Source: Chiloscyllium plagiosum (taxonomy: Eukaryota). From it: a stretch of 38,857 nucleotides of DNA. Shown one piece after another: positions 36,691-38,857 of this stretch. How positions within the stretch are numbered: position 1 is the stretch's first letter; each line of letters opens with the position of its first letter. The notes under the pieces are model-generated. The model was not told the DNA's origin and ran no database searches. It saw only the letters and a list, made by a program, of their open reading frames with translations. The stretch is taken from contig NW_025215372.1 of assembly GCF_004010195.1 (NCBI RefSeq), forward strand, positions 1 through 38,857. The letters run 5' to 3'. Both the position numbers and the translations under genes were made by a program.

Positions 36691-38857
36691 CATCAAATCG
36701 GCTACGCGATGTGTTTCTACGATGGCCTTCCTGGCCAACGTTAAAGCCAACGTCCTGTTTCTGCAGGAGTGTGGGATACCGCACCTCAGCAGCTACAGGA
36801 GATGGTCGAGTTTATGGGCCCATGGGCCGTCAGTTTGGTCGGGGGGCAACGATAGCTGCACCTCCGGCCTGGGTATCCTGTTGAGAGGAGGCAACTTCAC
36901 CATCTCCGAGGTTAAGGAGGTGGTGGGTGGGTGCCTCCTCGTCGCCGATATCATGTACAGGAATGCTCCCCTGAGACTGATTAATGTGTACGCCCCAGTG
37001 GGTAAGAGTGAACGGTTGGCCGTCCTGCAGCAGCTTCCACTGTTGCTGGCTACATCCAGGCCGTTCATTCTGGCCGGAGACTTCAACTGTATCATTGATG
37101 CAGATGGACGATCCGGCGGGGGGGACAGTAAACTGGACACCACGTCCAGAGCCCTGATGGACACGGTCAAAGATGCCAAGCTGCAAAACATCTTCAGCGC
37201 CCCTGCAGACGGAGCGCAGCGTAGATACATCTGGTCACGGGCAGACGGGTCTATCCGCTCAAGGATAGATTACTTGTTTGTGTCCCGAACGCTCTCGGTC
37301 AGATCCACCGACGTCAAGCCGGTGTTCTTCTCCAACCACTGCCTCCTGCTGGCCGACTGTCACCTACAGGACGAGCAGCAGGCTGGTAAGGGAACGTGGA
37401 AGCTGAACACCAAGCTGTTGACCCCGGGAAACATTGAGGAGCTCAAGAGGGATTACGCAGGTTGGAGAACCGTGAAGCCCCTCTTTGAGTCCCCAGCGGA
37501 CTGGTGGGAAACAGTAAAAGGGAACATCAAGAGGTTCTTCATCCTCAAAGGTGTTCAGGAGGCGAGAGAGAGGCGGGGAAAACTGTCCCAGCTCCAGGAA
37601 AGTATGCAGAACCAGCTCCTGCTGCAGACGATGGGGGTGGATGTCACAGAGGACCTCAAGGAGGTGAAGGGCCAGCAAGCCTCGCTCTTTGCTTCGGAGG
37701 CCTCCAAGATAATCTTCCGGTCCAGGGTCCGCTCAGTGGAGCAGACGTGCTCACGTTTCTTCTTCCAGAAGGTGCACAAAGAGAGCTCCGAGGTACCACA
37801 AAACAGCACGAGAACGGTGTCTGGAGGCAACCAGAAGGAAGGGCGGGCTGTAGCGGAGCAGACGGCAGACAGCGGGGAGGTGCAGCAGCCGATCCAAGCT
37901 CCTGCAAGACAGACGGAGGAAATGGAAGAGAAGGGACCAAAGGAGGCAGAGGATTGGATTACTGTGAAAAGCAGGAAGAGGAAACCTGCCAAAGCCACCC
38001 AGCGAGGGGGGGAAGCGACACCTACACGACGAGGACACATGCAGCTCTTCCGACGGTGAGGAAGAAGATGGTTGGCTAACGTCATCTCAGGCTGACGTCA
38101 CGAGGATCAGTAAATCCTCCTACGCCAGTCTGTATGACGCGAAGCCGAACGACAGCGCGGCCTCCCAGTCATTCCTGTCCTCTATCACGGAGGTCTTAGA
38201 CGACAGAACACGGGAGAGGCTGGACCAGCCGCTATCTCTGGACGAGCTGACCAAGGCCCTCGAGTCCTTCGAAAAGAATAAAACTCCCGGAAGTGACGGC
38301 TTACCGGTCGAGCTCTATCCCGCTCTTTGGGACTTGATTGGCCAGGACCTGCTGGAGGTGTATGTCAGTATGCTTCGGGCAGGTACCGTGAGTGAATCCA
38401 TGAGGAAAGGCTTCATCACCCTCATCTACAAGCGGAAGGGGGAGAGGGAGTAACTCAGAAATTGGAGACCAATCTCACTGTGGAATGCAGATTACAAAAT
38501 TCTGTCAAAGGTAATCGCCAACCGGGTCAGGTCTGCTCTGGGGTCAGTGATTCACCCTGACCAAACCTGTGCTGTACCGGGCAGGAAGATCGCTGAGAGT
38601 CTCGCACTCCTCAGGGATACGATCGCCTACGTGCAGGACAGGGGGTTGGACACCTGCCTGATCAGCCTGGACCAGGAGAAAGCCTTTGACAGGATATCAC
38701 ACACGTATATGAGAGATGTTCTCTCCAAAATGGGCTTTGGGGAGGGAATCTGCAATTGGATCAGACTGCTCTACACCAACATTGTCAGTACAGTCTCAAT
38801 CAAGGGGTGGGAATCAGATAGCTTCCCAGTCAGATCTGGAGCCAGGCAGGGCTGCCC
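36656..38857 (+). pseudogene. Tx1-like ORF2 (APE endonuclease plus reverse transcriptase), disrupted
   Basis: SINVR, LFLQEC, NVYAP, GDFNC, SRIDY, SNH (normally SDH); RT motifs KTPGSDG, NWRPISL, SLDQEKAFDR, RQGCP; probable start ATA at 36656, insertion at 37794-38062, stop TAA at 38451-38453. Confidence 0.92.

Larger units (their letters stand above)
35681..38857 (+). mobile_element. 5'-truncated Tx1-like (L1 clade) non-LTR retrotransposon, runs off the window end
   Basis: ORF1 with three CCHC knuckles followed by APE-endonuclease/RT ORF2. Confidence 0.93.

Noticed and set aside
36683..38059. 458-aa ORF as an intact or novel endonuclease fusion gene
   Set aside because: It is a disrupted Tx1 ORF2 with a probable lost start, SDH changed to SNH and an inserted ORF1 segment; the neighbouring ORF1 and RT both contain stops

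Overview
Vertebrate genomic DNA, most likely a shark (inferred from HE1-type SINEs, Deu-domain SINE remnants and CR1/Penelope/Tx1 families). The window holds the 5' part of a class 1 DYRK kinase gene (DYRK1B-like) on the minus strand. Three coding exons lie at 3805-3947, 2608-2727 and 396-584; the rest of the gene lies left of the window. The sequence to the right is the upstream intron/5' region. It contains an 8.1-kb, apparently invariant 34-bp tandem array (239 units) with a degenerate tail, several smaller minisatellites, and nested CR1 LINE/SINE clusters. It also has a Penelope-like element with an inverted flank, several short Penelope-terminus-like insertions carrying minimal hammerhead-ribozyme motifs (one a 90-bp-arm palindrome with a 15-bp target-site duplication), and two candidate promoters. 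One promoter sits beside a tandem repeat built from RFX X-box and PBX/MEIS-PREP motifs. The window ends in a decayed Tx1-type (L1 clade) retrotransposon whose ORF2 carries an inserted copy of part of ORF1. Repeat-family names come from recognition only, no database search was run, and decayed-element boundaries are approximate.
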